IMG/VR virus record: IMGVR_UViG_3300045988_117928
Span: 1-42,344 of that record
DNA: 42,344 nucleotides
Source of the DNA: a virus
Strand: one strand, 5' to 3'
Part shown: positions 35,483 through 42,344 of the stretch, piece after piece
Position numbering within the stretch: position 1 is the first letter of the stretch
Layout of the letters: every line of letters begins with the position of its first letter
The notes under the pieces: generated by a model
Database searches by the model: none
Seen by the model: only the letters and a program-made list of their open reading frames with translations
Told to the model about the DNA's origin: nothing
Translations under genes and position numbers: made by a program

Positions 35483-35858
35483 TTCGATTCCGGGCGCCGT
35501 GGTTGGCATTATCGTGGCGTGGATTGGCTGGAAGGGCCGTAAAGAGGAATCGTCGGTGACGTTCAACGGGACGCTGCTGCAGAGCCAGGACAATCGGATT
35601 AAGAAGCTTGAGGACCGACTCGATAGTGTCGAGAGTCGCCTGCGGGACACGGAGGCGATGCTGCGTGTGGAGGAAGACCGGACGCATTTGCTTCGCCGTG
35701 GTCTCACGGACGCGATTGACTGGCTACGAGAGTTCATTGACTGGGCACGTGGTGGTGCGGAAGGTGCCGCTCCGGAGCCGGACCTTGCGAGGCTGACTGG
35801 GATCGTGGGGGATTCGCAGGTTTTGCCGACGGCGCGGAATCCACCGACCGAGGAATGA
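35454..35858 (+). CDS. N-terminal TM plus coiled-coil protein (lysis accessory)
   Basis: ATG at 35454 follows SD GGGGAGG. TM helix SLINSIPGAVVGIIVAWIGW is followed by a coiled-coil. Last gene of the late operon. Confidence 0.45.
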   Translation: MEINWGSLINSIPGAVVGIIVAWIGWKGRKEESSVTFNGTLLQSQDNRIKKLEDRLDSVESRLRDTEAMLRVEEDRTHLLRRGLTDAIDWLREFIDWARGGAEGAAPEPDLARLTGIVGDSQVLPTARNPPTEE

Positions 35859-35871
35859 GTCAAGAATCTTT

Positions 35872-35930
35872 GCCCCGCTGGTTTGAGTTGTTCGGGATTT
35901 CCGAACAGTTCACTGGCGGGGCGTTTTTTT
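35872..35930 (+). terminator. Strong rho-independent terminator at the end of the late operon
   Basis: Long hairpin with outer stem gccccgc/gcggggc and inner stem gttcgg/ccgaac, followed by GTTTTTTT. Confidence 0.7.
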
Positions 35931-35945
35931 CATGCCTGGAAACGG

Positions 35946-36165
35946 CACGACATTTCCACGACATACGGCACTGTTTGGGGCTGTATCCGGCTGTATTAGC
36001 GGGGGTAGGTAGATAGGGTAAACCCCCGCCTGAACACGGAAAACACCAGTTCAAGACGGGGGTAGAAAAGCGCCCCCAGAAGGATTCGAACCAAATGGGA
36101 AAACCCAAATTACCAGCATAAACAGGGGAAACGAAGGGCAATCCACGACATTCCCACGACATCTG
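35946..36165. other. attP-like region: two tandem-pair arm-type repeats flanking a core-like segment, directly beside int
   Basis: cacgacatttccacgacata is at 35946-35965 and cacgacattcccacgacat at 36145-36162. Between them, ggattcgaacc (36082-36092) is the reverse complement of a tRNA T-loop (GGTTCGAATCC), preceded by cgccccca (acceptor-like). G5/C5 hairpins lie nearby. Confidence 0.45.
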
Positions 36166-36167
36166 AA

Positions 36168-37244
36168 TTAGACCACTCCACGCAGCTGCTCATCCATCAC
36201 ATCCGCCACCGCATCCAAATCATCATCAAAAAGATCTGCATACGTGTCTAGCGTCATAGCCGCGCTCGCATGCCCAAGCTGAGACTGCACAACCTTCACC
36301 GACGCGCCAGACCCCACCATCAACCCCGCGGCCACATGCCGCAGGCCATGCGGAGTCACATATGGGAACTTCTTGTTAGCCTTCATGACCCGCTCTAGGT
36401 TCCCGTAGTACCAATCCGGCTTACTCGGTGTCGGCAGTGGCCCACCATCACGTGCCGGCCACAACAGCGCATCCGGCAGCTTGTCTTTCAGCAGTGGCTC
36501 GAGCATCCGCATAACCTTTTTCGGCACTGCTACCGTGCGCTGCTCGTGCGTCTTTGGCGTGCCGATGATGACTTTGCTGCCGACAGTGACAGCATTACGT
36601 TCAACACTGATACGCCGTTTGAGAACATTGACATCACGCACTCGCAGCGCTGCGGCCTCGCCCCACCGCAGCCCAGTGGTAGCCAAAAGCCAGATGAGCT
36701 CAGGGCGCTTGGAGTCTGTGGCTAGGGTCTTGACCTGCTCGGCGGTCAGGTACACCTTTTTCGCTTTCGGTTTGCGCGGCAGGCGCACACCACGGGCTGG
36801 ATTAGTGGCCAGCACTCCGTCCCCAACAGCGACATCGAGAACCTGCGCCAGGCAAGCATGAGCCTTCCTCACCGTCGACGCACCAGCGCTAAAATCGGCC
36901 AGCCAAGTTTGCACATCGGAGCGCTTAATCCGACCAATCTGCCACCCACCCCAGTACGGATCCACATGCACACGCCAGGCCGACTCAGTGGTTCGATACG
37001 TCGACGGCTTGAGGTGCGTCTGCGCCGCCAGCCACGCAGTCCCAAGATCATGCACGGTGCGGCGACGTTCCATCTCCGGCGCCCAGGTGCCATGTCGCAT
37101 AGTGATGGAGTTTTTATCCGCCCATGCTTGTGCTTCGTCTTTGGTGCGGAAGCCCTGCTTGGTGCGGCTTGTGCCGTCGGGTGCGCGGTACTGCACCCGC
37201 CACCCGTAGCCTTTTGCTTTCTTGTAGCGCTTAATGCTGGCCAT
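36168..37244 (-). CDS. int: Tyrosine integrase
   Basis: 358 aa. N-terminal arm-binding-like domain and core-binding domain. The catalytic region ...HGLRHVAAGLMVGSGASVKVVQSQLGHASAAMTLDTYADLF carries the R...HxxR...Y pattern. Confidence 0.9.
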   Translation of the reverse strand: MASIKRYKKAKGYGWRVQYRAPDGTSRTKQGFRTKDEAQAWADKNSITMRHGTWAPEMERRRTVHDLGTAWLAAQTHLKPSTYRTTESAWRVHVDPYWGGWQIGRIKRSDVQTWLADFSAGASTVRKAHACLAQVLDVAVGDGVLATNPARGVRLPRKPKAKKVYLTAEQVKTLATDSKRPELIWLLATTGLRWGEAAALRVRDVNVLKRRISVERNAVTVGSKVIIGTPKTHEQRTVAVPKKVMRMLEPLLKDKLPDALLWPARDGGPLPTPSKPDWYYGNLERVMKANKKFPYVTPHGLRHVAAGLMVGSGASVKVVQSQLGHASAAMTLDTYADLFDDDLDAVADVMDEQLRGVV

Positions 37245-37302
37245 TGGTATTGTTCCTTTTGTCGCTGGTTGTAGCCCACCCCCCCCCGGGCTCCTAGTGG
37301 CA

Positions 37303-37352
37303 CTTGCGGGGCGCTCCCTGAATTGGTGTCGGGTCGAGCGCCCCCTGTCTTT
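37303..37352 (+). promoter_or_regulatory. 9-bp inverted repeat ggggcgctc/gagcgcccc with T-run, and adjacent C9 homopolymer (37279-37287), upstream of int
   Basis: Seen directly in the sequence between the int start and the end of the lipoprotein gene. Confidence 0.3.
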
Positions 37353-37358
37353 TACGCG

Positions 37359-37760
37359 CTAATCCTCAAGCAGCCCCAATTCACGCGCGTCAGACGGCTT
37401 AAAGTTCCGCATCTCCTCATCATCCCAATTCTGCTCACGGTACATATTCCACAACCACCCACTGCATGACCCGTCACCAGCAGCATCAATCTCCAAGTTC
37501 TCCCCGCCGATAGCCTCAGCGCCCTGCAGGTGCAGCATCCCCTTCATCGCAGCCTTGTAATCCGCACGCGAGTAATCATCTTTGTTCGCAAGGATCTCTG
37601 TAAACACCTTCTGTGCCGCTGCGTCATCCTTAAGTGCCCGGCTGCACAGAAGAGATGCGTATGCATCGCGTTCGTCTTCAGCGCTCGCCCATTCGTCAGC
37701 ACCGCAGGCCGTGACGATAAGTGTGGCTGATAGTGCGCTTGCGAGGAGTTTCTTGTTCAT
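37359..37760 (-). CDS. Secreted lipoprotein (moron)
   Basis: Starting at M36 of the track ORF gives a classic lipoprotein signal MNKKLLASALSATLIVTAC (lipobox VTAC). Confidence 0.5.
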   Translation of the reverse strand: MNKKLLASALSATLIVTACGADEWASAEDERDAYASLLCSRALKDDAAAQKVFTEILANKDDYSRADYKAAMKGMLHLQGAEAIGGENLEIDAAGDGSCSGWLWNMYREQNWDDEEMRNFKPSDARELGLLED

Positions 37761-37795
37761 GTGAATCGTCTTTCTAGATAAGGAAGGGGGCGGAC

Positions 37796-38197
37796 TTACT
37801 TTTCGTGGACATACACATCGAGCAATAGGTGTCCGCCGGAGCCGAATACGGTGATGTTTGGGCATTCAAACGTCATCCGCACCGGTGTCCCGAACCCATT
37901 TGGGAAGTCAGCTTCACCAGTTACACGAACAGCGTGGTTGGAATTCTCTACAGGAGAATGTTCAACGTCGTAGTCGACGATTCTCGCGCCTCCAGGGTAT
38001 TTAGCGCGGTCGATGACCTGTTCCTTGCAATCCTCGACTGAGGCGTCGATATCACCGGCGATGCGCTTTGCCTCGTATAACACCACACCGAAGAATACGA
38101 GGGCGAGAACGATTAGCACCGTCAGCACGATGAACCACCAGCGCTTATAGAATGGCTTCCGTGCGGGGGCTTGTGTAGTGCGGTCTTCGAAAGTCAT
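37796..38197 (-). CDS. Membrane-anchored protein with extracytoplasmic domain (moron)
   Basis: 133 aa. ATG follows SD AAAGGA. Single N-terminal TM helix WWFIVLTVLIVLALVFFGVVL. Confidence 0.5.
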   Translation of the reverse strand: MTFEDRTTQAPARKPFYKRWWFIVLTVLIVLALVFFGVVLYEAKRIAGDIDASVEDCKEQVIDRAKYPGGARIVDYDVEHSPVENSNHAVRVTGEADFPNGFGTPVRMTFECPNITVFGSGGHLLLDVYVHEK

Positions 38198-38211
38198 TGC
38201 GTTTCCTTTGG

Positions 38212-38832
38212 TTATTGAGAGCGCCAGCGGGCTTGGCCGTCCGGGCCGACGGAGCAGGTCATAGGTGCGCCGTTCTTACTGACTGCTGTTCCTCCACCTG
38301 AGCAGTAAGCCCCTGGGGTTACGTAGTATTCCTGCTGCTCAGGAGCCGGCGCGGCGGGGGCTGGTGCTGGTTCTGGTGTAGTCGCCGGCTGCTGCGCCAT
38401 CATCTGAGAAGCACACTGCTGTGTCCAACCGCTCGAACCGTCGGTGAAGAATGTCGTCCCGGTCTCATGTAAAGCGGGGTCGCCGCAGGATGCCACAGTT
38501 TTATTCATTTCGGATGGTTCTGCCTGACCTGGGGCTTCGGTGTACTCGGTTGGGCGCGCCGACGTGGACTCGCCTCCACCGGGTGAAGCGGTAGGTTCGG
38601 TCGTTTGCTCGAGTGCGGGGTTAGGGCTGTTCTTTGGGCTTGGTGATTCAGACGGAGAATCAGTGGTGGATTTAGTGGATGTGGTGCTTGACGGCGAAGA
38701 CGTTGATGTCGAACTGGTCGACATGTTGTTGCTTGATGGGGCGGGGGCGTTGTTTGATCCGCAGGCAGCGGCGAACGGAATTGCGGCGCAGGCTGCGATG
38801 ATGAAGGCTCGTTTGGTGGCGTGGGCGGCCAT
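38212..38832 (-). CDS. Secreted lipoprotein with Ser/Thr/Pro-rich linker and C-terminal Cys-containing domain
   Basis: 206 aa. SD AAAGGAACC. Signal peptide plus lipobox (FAAACGS). Low-complexity STP-rich linker. The C-terminus YYVTPGAYCSGGGTAVSKNGAPMTCSVGPDGQARW is DUF3761-like. Confidence 0.5.
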   Translation of the reverse strand: MAAHATKRAFIIAACAAIPFAAACGSNNAPAPSSNNMSTSSTSTSSPSSTTSTKSTTDSPSESPSPKNSPNPALEQTTEPTASPGGGESTSARPTEYTEAPGQAEPSEMNKTVASCGDPALHETGTTFFTDGSSGWTQQCASQMMAQQPATTPEPAPAPAAPAPEQQEYYVTPGAYCSGGGTAVSKNGAPMTCSVGPDGQARWRSQ

Positions 38833-38972
38833 CGTATGGTTCCTTTCTTGGTGACCTCTATGACTGCTCTTATTCTGCGTTAAGGTGAAACGTTTTCAAT
38901 CTTTGGTCACGCTATGGGGGTAAATTTGACCCCAAAACCTGCTGTAACAGCACCCCCGATACACCGCCTGAC

Positions 38973-39374
38973 TCATGCTCGTGCCCTCTCGAACAATTCC
39001 CGCCACACTTTCAACAGGTGGGTAGTGACACCTAATTCCCGGGCTATGGCCCCAGTGTGTGGTCCGTAGATTGTTTCCGCTGCGGCGTACTCGGTGGGGG
39101 AGATGAGTAGCTCGGCGGCTATCTGGTCTGCCGCGCGTTCTGCCCTGGCGTCAAAATGCGGGCTACCGGAGGGGGTGTCGCCCCGGATTGCGTGAGCCAA
39201 CTCGTGGGCTAGGGTGCAGCGCCGGTTTACAGCGCCGAGTGTGGGGTCGAGCAGGATTAGCCGATTGTGGTGGATGTACCCGCCGAGGTCGCCGGGGTGC
39301 AGGTGCCCGTGGTGGTCGTCCTCGACGGTGATGCCTAGGGTTTCGGCTAGTTGCTCAAGCTCCGTCTCCGTAAT
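38973..39374 (-). CDS. ImmA/IrrE-family zinc metallopeptidase (anti-repressor protease), apparently starting at ATT
   Basis: Translating the open frame beyond the track TTG start gives ...LAETLGITVEDD...GYIHHNRLILLDPTLGAVNRRCTLAHELAHAIRGD...AERAADQIAAELLISPTEY, with the HEXXH motif HELAH. The frame is open from 39491 but has no ATG/GTG/TTG upstream of the HEXXH. A strong SD GGAGGAAGGAG lies 6 nt before the ATT at 39374. Confidence 0.5.
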   Translation of the reverse strand: MTETELEQLAETLGITVEDDHHGHLHPGDLGGYIHHNRLILLDPTLGAVNRRCTLAHELAHAIRGDTPSGSPHFDARAERAADQIAAELLISPTEYAAAETIYGPHTGAIARELGVTTHLLKVWRELFERARA

Positions 39375-39861
39375 TGTCGTCTCCTTCCTCCGGTTCCGGC
39401 TTGCCGCGTTTGGCGGCGTATCTGAGATGTGTATCAGGTTGGGCGGATTGGGTGTTCGAACGGTGTGCGTCGAGGTTGGTGACGGGTGCGTCTATGTTTT
39501 CGTAGTCGATGGCTTCGCCGGTTGGGTCTCCGAATAGGTACAGCGCTTCCGGGTCGGAGCGACGCATGATCTCGTCGAGCAATTGCTGGTTGCTTGCATT
39601 GTGTAGCGCGAAGGGGATTCCTACTCCTTCGGCTTCCCATTCGCGGAGGTATCCGGTTTCGATAAGGCCGGTAACGGGAGAGCGGTTGTAGCCGCGGCAC
39701 AGCGCTATCACCATCTCAGGGCGGAAGGTTCCGCGTGACAGTTGCCGGGAGAGGGTCGATTCATTAATCCCTGATTTTTGGGAAATTACTTTCTGCGTGT
39801 CATCGCCAGCCAATTCCTTGAGCCATGCGGTGAAGTTCGTTGTATTGCTCATGGAAATCAT
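39355..39861 (-). CDS. XRE-family HTH repressor (CI/ImmR-like)
   Basis: HTH: QKVISQKSGINESTLSRQLSRG. Start is ATG at 39861 (MISMSN) or 39852. Acidic C-terminal tail. Sits upstream of and overlaps the ImmA-like gene. Divergent from the Cro-like gene. Confidence 0.65.
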   Translation of the reverse strand: MISMSNTTNFTAWLKELAGDDTQKVISQKSGINESTLSRQLSRGTFRPEMVIALCRGYNRSPVTGLIETGYLREWEAEGVGIPFALHNASNQQLLDEIMRRSDPEALYLFGDPTGEAIDYENIDAPVTNLDAHRSNTQSAQPDTHLRYAAKRGKPEPEEGDDNYGDGA

Positions 39862-40031
39862 GATATTGCAATCTGCCGGAAGTGGCAATAAGTGCAGCAT
39901 ATTGCATATAGCGGGGGTGGCAACAAGGGGTGTCTTGTAATTACGGTATTGCAAGACGCCGGATAATCCGGCACTATGAAATCACTGGCGCAGGGAAGCG
40001 CTGGAAAGAAACTTTCAGAGGAGGGAACCCC
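39862..40031. promoter_or_regulatory. Divergent promoter/operator region of the immunity switch with ATTGCA-containing repeats
   Basis: atattgcaat (about 39864-39873), catattgcatat (about 39897-39908) and the inverted repeat gtcttgtaattacggtattgcaagac (39932-39957) lie between the repressor and cro starts. Confidence 0.5.
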
Positions 40032-40271
40032 ATGATGGACACCATCTCGGCGCCACGCTTTCGGGTTCGCCCAGGCGTGCTAGACCACATCATGCGCACT
40101 CGACGCTTGCAGACTGAGGAACAGCTCGCAGCGGCGCTCGGCACGACCGTGGATCGCCTGGGAGATATGCGCGCTGGCGCTCCAGTAACCGCCCGAATGG
40201 CGCTACATATCGCCACGCTGCAGGGCGACGGCGATTTTATCGCTGGATACTGCGAACCAATCGCGGCATAA
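40032..40271 (+). CDS. Cro-like HTH regulator
   Basis: ATG at 40032 follows SD AGAGGAGGG. 79 aa. HTH: TEEQLAAALGTTVDRLGDMRAG. Confidence 0.55.
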   Translation: MMDTISAPRFRVRPGVLDHIMRTRRLQTEEQLAAALGTTVDRLGDMRAGAPVTARMALHIATLQGDGDFIAGYCEPIAA

Positions 40272-40276
40272 GAAAA

Positions 40277-40295
40277 GCCCCGCACGAGGCGGGGC
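40277..40295. promoter_or_regulatory. Hairpin gccccgc-acgag-gcggggc between cro and the antirepressor (tR1-like attenuator, or minus-strand terminator)
   Basis: 7-bp perfect stem. On the + strand it is followed by an A-rich run, which on the minus strand reads as a U-run. Confidence 0.3.
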
Positions 40296-40325
40296 TCCCA
40301 AAAGAAACTAAAGGAAGTATATCAA

Positions 40326-41102
40326 ATGTCAGAACTGATTCCGATTCAGGACAGCGGTGGGGTTCAGGCGGTCATGGGCCGCGACCTCCACGCATTCCTG
40401 GAAGTTGGTGCCGAGTATCGGCACTGGTTCCCACGTATGGTCGCATACGGATTTGAAGAGGGGAAAGACTACACGGTCAAAATTGACCGGGTACAAGACT
40501 CTCTCGGGCGTGAGCGCGAAGCCATGAACCATGTCATCAGTCTGGATATGGCGAAGGAAATTTCCATGATCCAGCGCACCGACAAGGGCAAGCAGGCTCG
40601 TCAGTACTTCATTGAGTGTGAGAAGCGGTACCAGGCTGGTGAGATGAGCGAGCTTGATGAGGCGAAGCTTGTCCAGAGAGCTCTGCAAATCACCTACCGC
40701 CAAGTGCGGGAACTGGAAGCTGTAAACGCTGAAATGCAGCCGAAGGCTAGCTACTTCGATGAGTTTGTGGCGGACGAGGATCTTATTCAATTCCGGACTT
40801 TGGCGAATCAGCTGGAGATTAAAGAGTCCGCGCTTCGTCAAATCCTGATTGACCATAAATGGATTTACAGGGTTGAAGGTAAGCGCTGGTCAAACAAGCG
40901 CAACAAGATTGTCAATGTTTATCAGTATCGGGCGTATGCGGAAAAGAAGCCTCTGTTCCGGTTGGTGCCTTGTCATGAGGCACCGCGGATTAATGGCGAG
41001 GTGCAGCAGTCGCTGAAGCTTACTCCGCGCGGGGCGGAGGCGGTCACGAAGGCTGTGAAGAAGTGGCTGCGGGGTCCGTCGGTGGAGAAGAAGTCAGCGT
41101 AG
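40326..41102 (+). CDS. Phage antirepressor (Bro-N / KilAC-type)
   Basis: 258 aa. The N-terminus MSELIPIQDSGGVQAVMGRDLHAFLEVGAEYRHWFPRMVAYGFEEGKDY is typical of AntA/KilAC antirepressors. Confidence 0.7.
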   Translation: MSELIPIQDSGGVQAVMGRDLHAFLEVGAEYRHWFPRMVAYGFEEGKDYTVKIDRVQDSLGREREAMNHVISLDMAKEISMIQRTDKGKQARQYFIECEKRYQAGEMSELDEAKLVQRALQITYRQVRELEAVNAEMQPKASYFDEFVADEDLIQFRTLANQLEIKESALRQILIDHKWIYRVEGKRWSNKRNKIVNVYQYRAYAEKKPLFRLVPCHEAPRINGEVQQSLKLTPRGAEAVTKAVKKWLRGPSVEKKSA

Positions 41103-41135
41103 GGGAGTGAAGTCGAAGTGGAAACCGTGGATTCA

Positions 41136-41780
41136 TCAGTAGTCGAGACTGCAACCAAGGTCCTTGAAGCGGCTGTCGCGGTCTTGTCCGAGTGTGGTGA
41201 GCCATTTGATGTGGATACGCACATCGGCGCGGTAAGGCATTTCCAAAGGGCCGGGGCCAAGGGCTGTGAGGTCGAACATGCTGGTAGCGGTAGCGCGTCG
41301 GCGCTCGAAGTCCCTGTATTCGGCGTCCAGTTCCTGGCGGCGGCGGGTGAGCTCGTCGGTAAGGCGAGGGTGCGTGAGGGTGATAGTGCCTCCGCTGGGT
41401 ACGTTGCGCCGGTCGGACTGGACGTAGTCCCCGTCTACAGCAAGGTGGATGGTGACGCTGAGTGCTTCATCCTCGCCACTGTTGGTGAACTTGCAGGTTC
41501 CAGGCTTTATCCACTTGTAGTTCCATACGACGTCATTGATTTCAGTGTCTCGTTGTTCAGCTCGAAGGCTGATGGCATTCGCTTCCTTAGCGAGTTGACG
41601 CGCGTCTATTGCGATGCGGTTCGACTTTCGGGAAATGCTGTTGGCTTCGGCCGAAAGTTGCTCGCTTCGCTTCGCAATCTCGTTGGAGTTCTTGGAGTCG
41701 CGCTTGGCGATGATGCTCATGCCCAGGGCTGCGACTCCAGCTAGGGATCCAATGATTGTGAAAACTGTCCCGACGTCCAT
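41136..41780 (-). CDS. Membrane-anchored coiled-coil protein with internal repeats (possible superinfection-exclusion/Abi-like)
   Basis: Starting at MDVG (41780) gives an N-terminal TM helix (VFTIIGSLAGVAALGMSIIA) followed by repeated SEQLSAEANSISRKSNRIAIDARQLAKEANAISLRAEQ heptad-like segments. Chosen over the overlapping + ORF 41118-41744 on composition. Confidence 0.5.
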   Translation of the reverse strand: MDVGTVFTIIGSLAGVAALGMSIIAKRDSKNSNEIAKRSEQLSAEANSISRKSNRIAIDARQLAKEANAISLRAEQRDTEINDVVWNYKWIKPGTCKFTNSGEDEALSVTIHLAVDGDYVQSDRRNVPSGGTITLTHPRLTDELTRRRQELDAEYRDFERRRATATSMFDLTALGPGPLEMPYRADVRIHIKWLTTLGQDRDSRFKDLGCSLDY

Positions 41781-41837
41781 ACAGGGCAGCTTATCCAAGT
41801 GTTTGTCGTCGGGTATGTGTCGTGACCTGTATTTATT

Positions 41838-41850
41838 TGTCACTGTGACA
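41838..41850. promoter_or_regulatory. Perfect 13-bp palindrome TGTCACTGTGACA upstream of gene 41136-41780
   Basis: Seen directly. Its half-site relates to the TGACAC/GTGACA motifs of the 4955-5190 iteron tract. Confidence 0.4.
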
Positions 41851-42099
41851 TAAACAGCCCTTGAGGTAGCCAGGCCTCCGTGGTTGGTTCAACGCCATCC
41901 GTGGGCGCTGGAAATAGAACATGTGTTCGGTTTCCGCTTGTTATGTGAATAAAAGAATAGGGAATAGCGCCGATTGATACTTACCGGCCTGCGAGCAGAA
42001 CTGCAGCTGTATGCGCTGCCATGACCAGGTTTGGGCGTTGGAACTCACATGTAAACGCAATCCGTGTGAAGGGAACGAGTCGGCGCGGAAACAAATACA

Positions 42100-42183
42100 T
42101 GGTCTTGAAGCTGGTTTGCCCCTTTTTGCCTTTTGGCTCGACAACGGAAGCGAGGGGTGCGGGTTCGATTCCCGCCAAGACCA
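42100..42183 (+). other. tRNA-like element (acceptor stem plus canonical T-arm) without a canonical D/anticodon fold
   Basis: ggtcttg (42100-42106) is complementary to caagacc (42175-42181). T-arm gcggg-ttcgatt-cccgc is at 42158-42174, with discriminator A. The internal 51 nt do not fold into standard D and anticodon arms. Confidence 0.25.
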
Positions 42184-42289
42184 CTGGGCGCGTCAACGTC
42201 ACCACCAGGCAACCCCCTTTTTTCCTTGCTTTCAAGGGGGGATGGGTTGAGGACCGTCAGCCCCGCCTGCGTGGAGCGAAGCCGTCGGC

Positions 42290-42344
42290 AACCTTCCCGC
42301 GTGAAGCCTTTCAGCACGCGAGCCACAGCTGCGCGCCCTACCAA
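42290..42344. repeat. Right copy of the 55-bp terminal direct repeat
   Basis: Exact match to positions 1-55. Confidence 0.9.

Larger units (their letters stand above)
1..42344. mobile_element. Complete temperate siphovirus-like actinophage genome (prophage or circular phage contig) bounded by 55-bp direct repeats
   Basis: Full set of lysogeny, recombination, packaging, head, tail and lysis genes in canonical order. A tyrosine integrase and an immunity switch are present. Identical 55-bp sequence at 1-55 and 42290-42344. Confidence 0.85.

Noticed and set aside
36082-36092. GGATTCGAACC read as a complete tRNA gene
   Set aside because: The flanking sequence does not form T-stem or acceptor pairing for a full tRNA on either strand. 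Interpreted instead as an attP core fragment matching a host tRNA 3' end.
41118-41744. 208-aa + strand ORF overlapping the 41136-41780 minus gene
   Set aside because: Val/Gly/Ala-rich antisense-type composition. The minus-strand product has a TM helix and a repetitive coiled-coil with coherent codon usage.
42045-42344. 99-aa minus ORF and 79-aa + ORF (42011-42250) in the right-end noncoding region
   Set aside because: They overlap the tRNA-like element and the terminal repeat. No SD. Arg-rich low-complexity translations.
1-42344. CRISPR arrays or IS elements
   Set aside because: No regularly spaced direct repeats and no transposase-like ORFs were seen. The only tandem repeats are the iterons at 4991-5056 and in-frame Gly-rich repeats within the collagen-like tail gene.

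Overview
This 42.3 kb high-GC (about 62%) window is essentially one complete temperate siphovirus-like actinobacteriophage genome. It is most likely a prophage or circularly closed phage genome from a Corynebacterium-like Actinobacterium. Nearly all real genes run rightward on the + strand from about 690 to 35858, in a conserved order. The early region holds an Xis-like HTH, a YqaJ exonuclease, a RecT annealase, an SSB, a small HTH Rep-like protein with an iteron/ori tract, and a VRR-NUC-like nuclease. A low-GC island carries a RelA/SpoT-type small alarmone synthetase. The packaging and structural block follows: HNH, TerS, TerL, portal, a MuF protein fused to a low-GC C-terminal toxin-like domain plus a cognate small gene, scaffold, major capsid, connectors, major tail, G/T chaperones with a -1 frameshift, a 2080-aa tape measure, minor tail proteins, a GH25 endolysin and holin-like proteins. 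The leftward block holds a tyrosine integrase with an adjacent attP-like region, three secreted/membrane moron genes, an ImmA-like metallopeptidase plus HTH repressor, a divergent Cro-like gene and an antirepressor. The window is bounded by a perfect 55-bp direct repeat (1-55 and 42290-42344). The most unusual content is the alarmone-synthetase cassette, the MuF-toxin/immunity module, an ImmA gene with no canonical start codon, an iteron-rich ori, and an attP-like site beside int that does not coincide with the terminal repeats. Many antisense ORFs in the six-frame track are GC-driven artefacts and are not called.
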